A stretch of DNA of 64,000 nucleotides from a virus, in IMG/VR virus record IMGVR_UViG_3300020579_000009, positions 14,748-78,747 of that record, one strand, 5' to 3'. A program made the position numbers and the translations under genes. The notes under the pieces are model-generated. The model was not told where the DNA came from, searched no databases, and saw only the letters and a list, made by a program, of their open reading frames with translations. Positions 62,668 to 64,000 of this stretch are shown piece after piece. Every line of letters begins with the position of its first letter. Positions within the stretch are counted from its first letter, which is position 1.

Positions 62668-63626
62668 TTCTCCTCCGTGGCGCTGCGCTCCTGGCTGGCG
62701 GCGAGGGCCTTGTCGAGAGCCTTGATGCACAAGCTTAGGGCATCGCGGTAGCCGTCACCATAAGACTCCCTATCTTCGGCGTGTACTCCAAATCGCGGGT
62801 GTTGGCGCAACTCCTTGACGGTCTGCTGTATTCGCGTTCGCAGTTCCGTGGATTCGCCTGCCGCCGCGCGGGGTTCTGCATCATCCAATCGGCTCAATGT
62901 TTGCGCTAAGAAACGCTTCTCGCCGTTGGCTATTACAAATTTATCGCCTACTTCCTTTGGCAGCCCGTTGCGCGTGGGCGGCGCTGCCTCGGCCCCCGGC
63001 TCCTGTTTGCCCTCGACGGGCGGGGCGGCTACAAAGCGTTCATGCTCACGGTCTTGTAGGGCAGACCATTGCTGTTTCATGCTGAGGTACATATCTCGAA
63101 GCGTTTCGATGGCCTCAACGCTAGTCTTGGCTTCAATGTTCAACTCTTCGCAAATATCAGATATTTCGCCAAGCTGCTCTTGAAAACTTTCTCTCAGCAT
63201 TATCTCGCGCTCAAGTCGAGAACCGGCTGGCGCTGGCGGCTCCTGTTTGCTGGCGCGTCCCGCTGGCGTGCAGAATGAATACACAAAGCTGCACAGTTCC
63301 GCTTCGATGATGTCTATTACGGTTTCGCTTCTGCCACAAAACTCATCGCCAATCCTCTTCGCCAATTTCTGTATCTCGGGATGCACCTGCTCCACACTCA
63401 TCGCCCCCGGCTCCCGCAGGGCTTCGAGGTTTACGCAAGCGACAAACAACTCCATTGAAGCTCTCGACTTTTCTCCTGCATATTCGTATTTGAAAAGGAA
63501 TTTACCTTCGCCATCCGTAACTGTAGGCCAGCCGTGATTATCATCACTCAGCGTCCACGGCCTAGGCGCTGCCCTCTCGCTTAGCTCCCGTAACGTGCGC
63601 TCTACATCCATTGGCTTGTCGGTCAT
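62664..63626 (-). CDS. Modular mosaic early protein, copy 2 (Ea22/Ead-like N-terminal cassette)
   Basis: LRELSERAAPRPW resembles the Ead/Ea22 N-terminus; linkers shared with 20570..21415. Confidence 0.7.
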   Translation of the reverse strand: MTDKPMDVERTLRELSERAAPRPWTLSDDNHGWPTVTDGEGKFLFKYEYAGEKSRASMELFVACVNLEALREPGAMSVEQVHPEIQKLAKRIGDEFCGRSETVIDIIEAELCSFVYSFCTPAGRASKQEPPAPAGSRLEREIMLRESFQEQLGEISDICEELNIEAKTSVEAIETLRDMYLSMKQQWSALQDREHERFVAAPPVEGKQEPGAEAAPPTRNGLPKEVGDKFVIANGEKRFLAQTLSRLDDAEPRAAAGESTELRTRIQQTVKELRQHPRFGVHAEDRESYGDGYRDALSLCIKALDKALAASQERSATEEK

Positions 63627-63838
63627 GGCCGAACCCCAAGTTCTCTTTGGGCTACTTCGAGAGAAACGACAATCTCCTCATTCCAGCGCCCGTAATGGTC
63701 GAAATGTTGGCCTTCGTGCCCCTCGCGGCGAACGCAGCTAAAAGTGTGACAGCCGTATTCAAGCGTTCTGCCATCGCGCGTGCTCCATGTCGCTTTACAT
63801 TGCTTGCTCACATCCATTGGCTCCTCCGATGTCGTCAT
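63623..63838 (-). CDS. Small Cys/His early protein
   Basis: MTTSEEPMDV start; CVRREGHEGQH. Confidence 0.55.
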   Translation of the reverse strand: MTTSEEPMDVSKQCKATWSTRDGRTLEYGCHTFSCVRREGHEGQHFDHYGRWNEEIVVSLEVAQRELGVRP

Positions 63839-64000
63839 GGCGCTTGCCGCCGTACTCGAATCCAACCATAGTCACGATAGATTTGCTCATGCGCCCGACA
63901 GACTTTCACTTTGTGCTTATGTGTCACGCGGCCCCACAGCCAAATTCTACCGGGAGTCTTGCCGCCGCAATCACGGAACGGGCACATAATGACTCTCTTC

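Noticed and set aside
1-64000. Simple assembly duplication of one circular genome
   Set aside because: The copies differ throughout and the longest exact matches I found are about 36 nt. A chimera of two related phages remains possible and needs read data.

Overview
The whole window is phage DNA, with no host housekeeping genes, rRNA, tRNA, CRISPR array or integrase that I can recognise. It carries two clearly homologous but strongly diverged podovirus-like morphogenesis modules on the minus strand, about 46.8 kb apart. Module A spans <1-14963 and runs off the left edge; module B spans about 32.4-61.8 kb and looks complete. Both follow the order TerS-like, small regulator, TerL, Cys-rich protein, portal, scaffold, major capsid protein, small capsid-associated proteins, adaptor, nozzle; B continues with ejection-like, spike-like and membrane genes. 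Between them lie a MoxR-type AAA+/peptidase-vWA operon, early accessory genes, an ERF recombinase, a replication initiator and lysis-like genes. A second, homologous early region starts at about 61.8 kb. Main observations: (1) the two TerL proteins show complementary motif loss (A has altered ATPase motifs and intact nuclease motifs; B has intact ATPase motifs and a catalytic Asp changed to Ser), suggesting the two modules may work as one interdependent system; (2) the two early regions share ten colinear, exactly identical 22-36 nt linkers separated by non-homologous cassettes; (3) spike-like proteins carry Sec-type signal peptides; (4) a conserved non-coding block after TerS, a likely inactive histidine phosphatase, a tandem HiPIP-like protein and a hairpin-rich intergenic region. 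The host may be Acidobacteriota (weak inference from protein style). All family assignments come from motif recognition by eye; no database searches were run.
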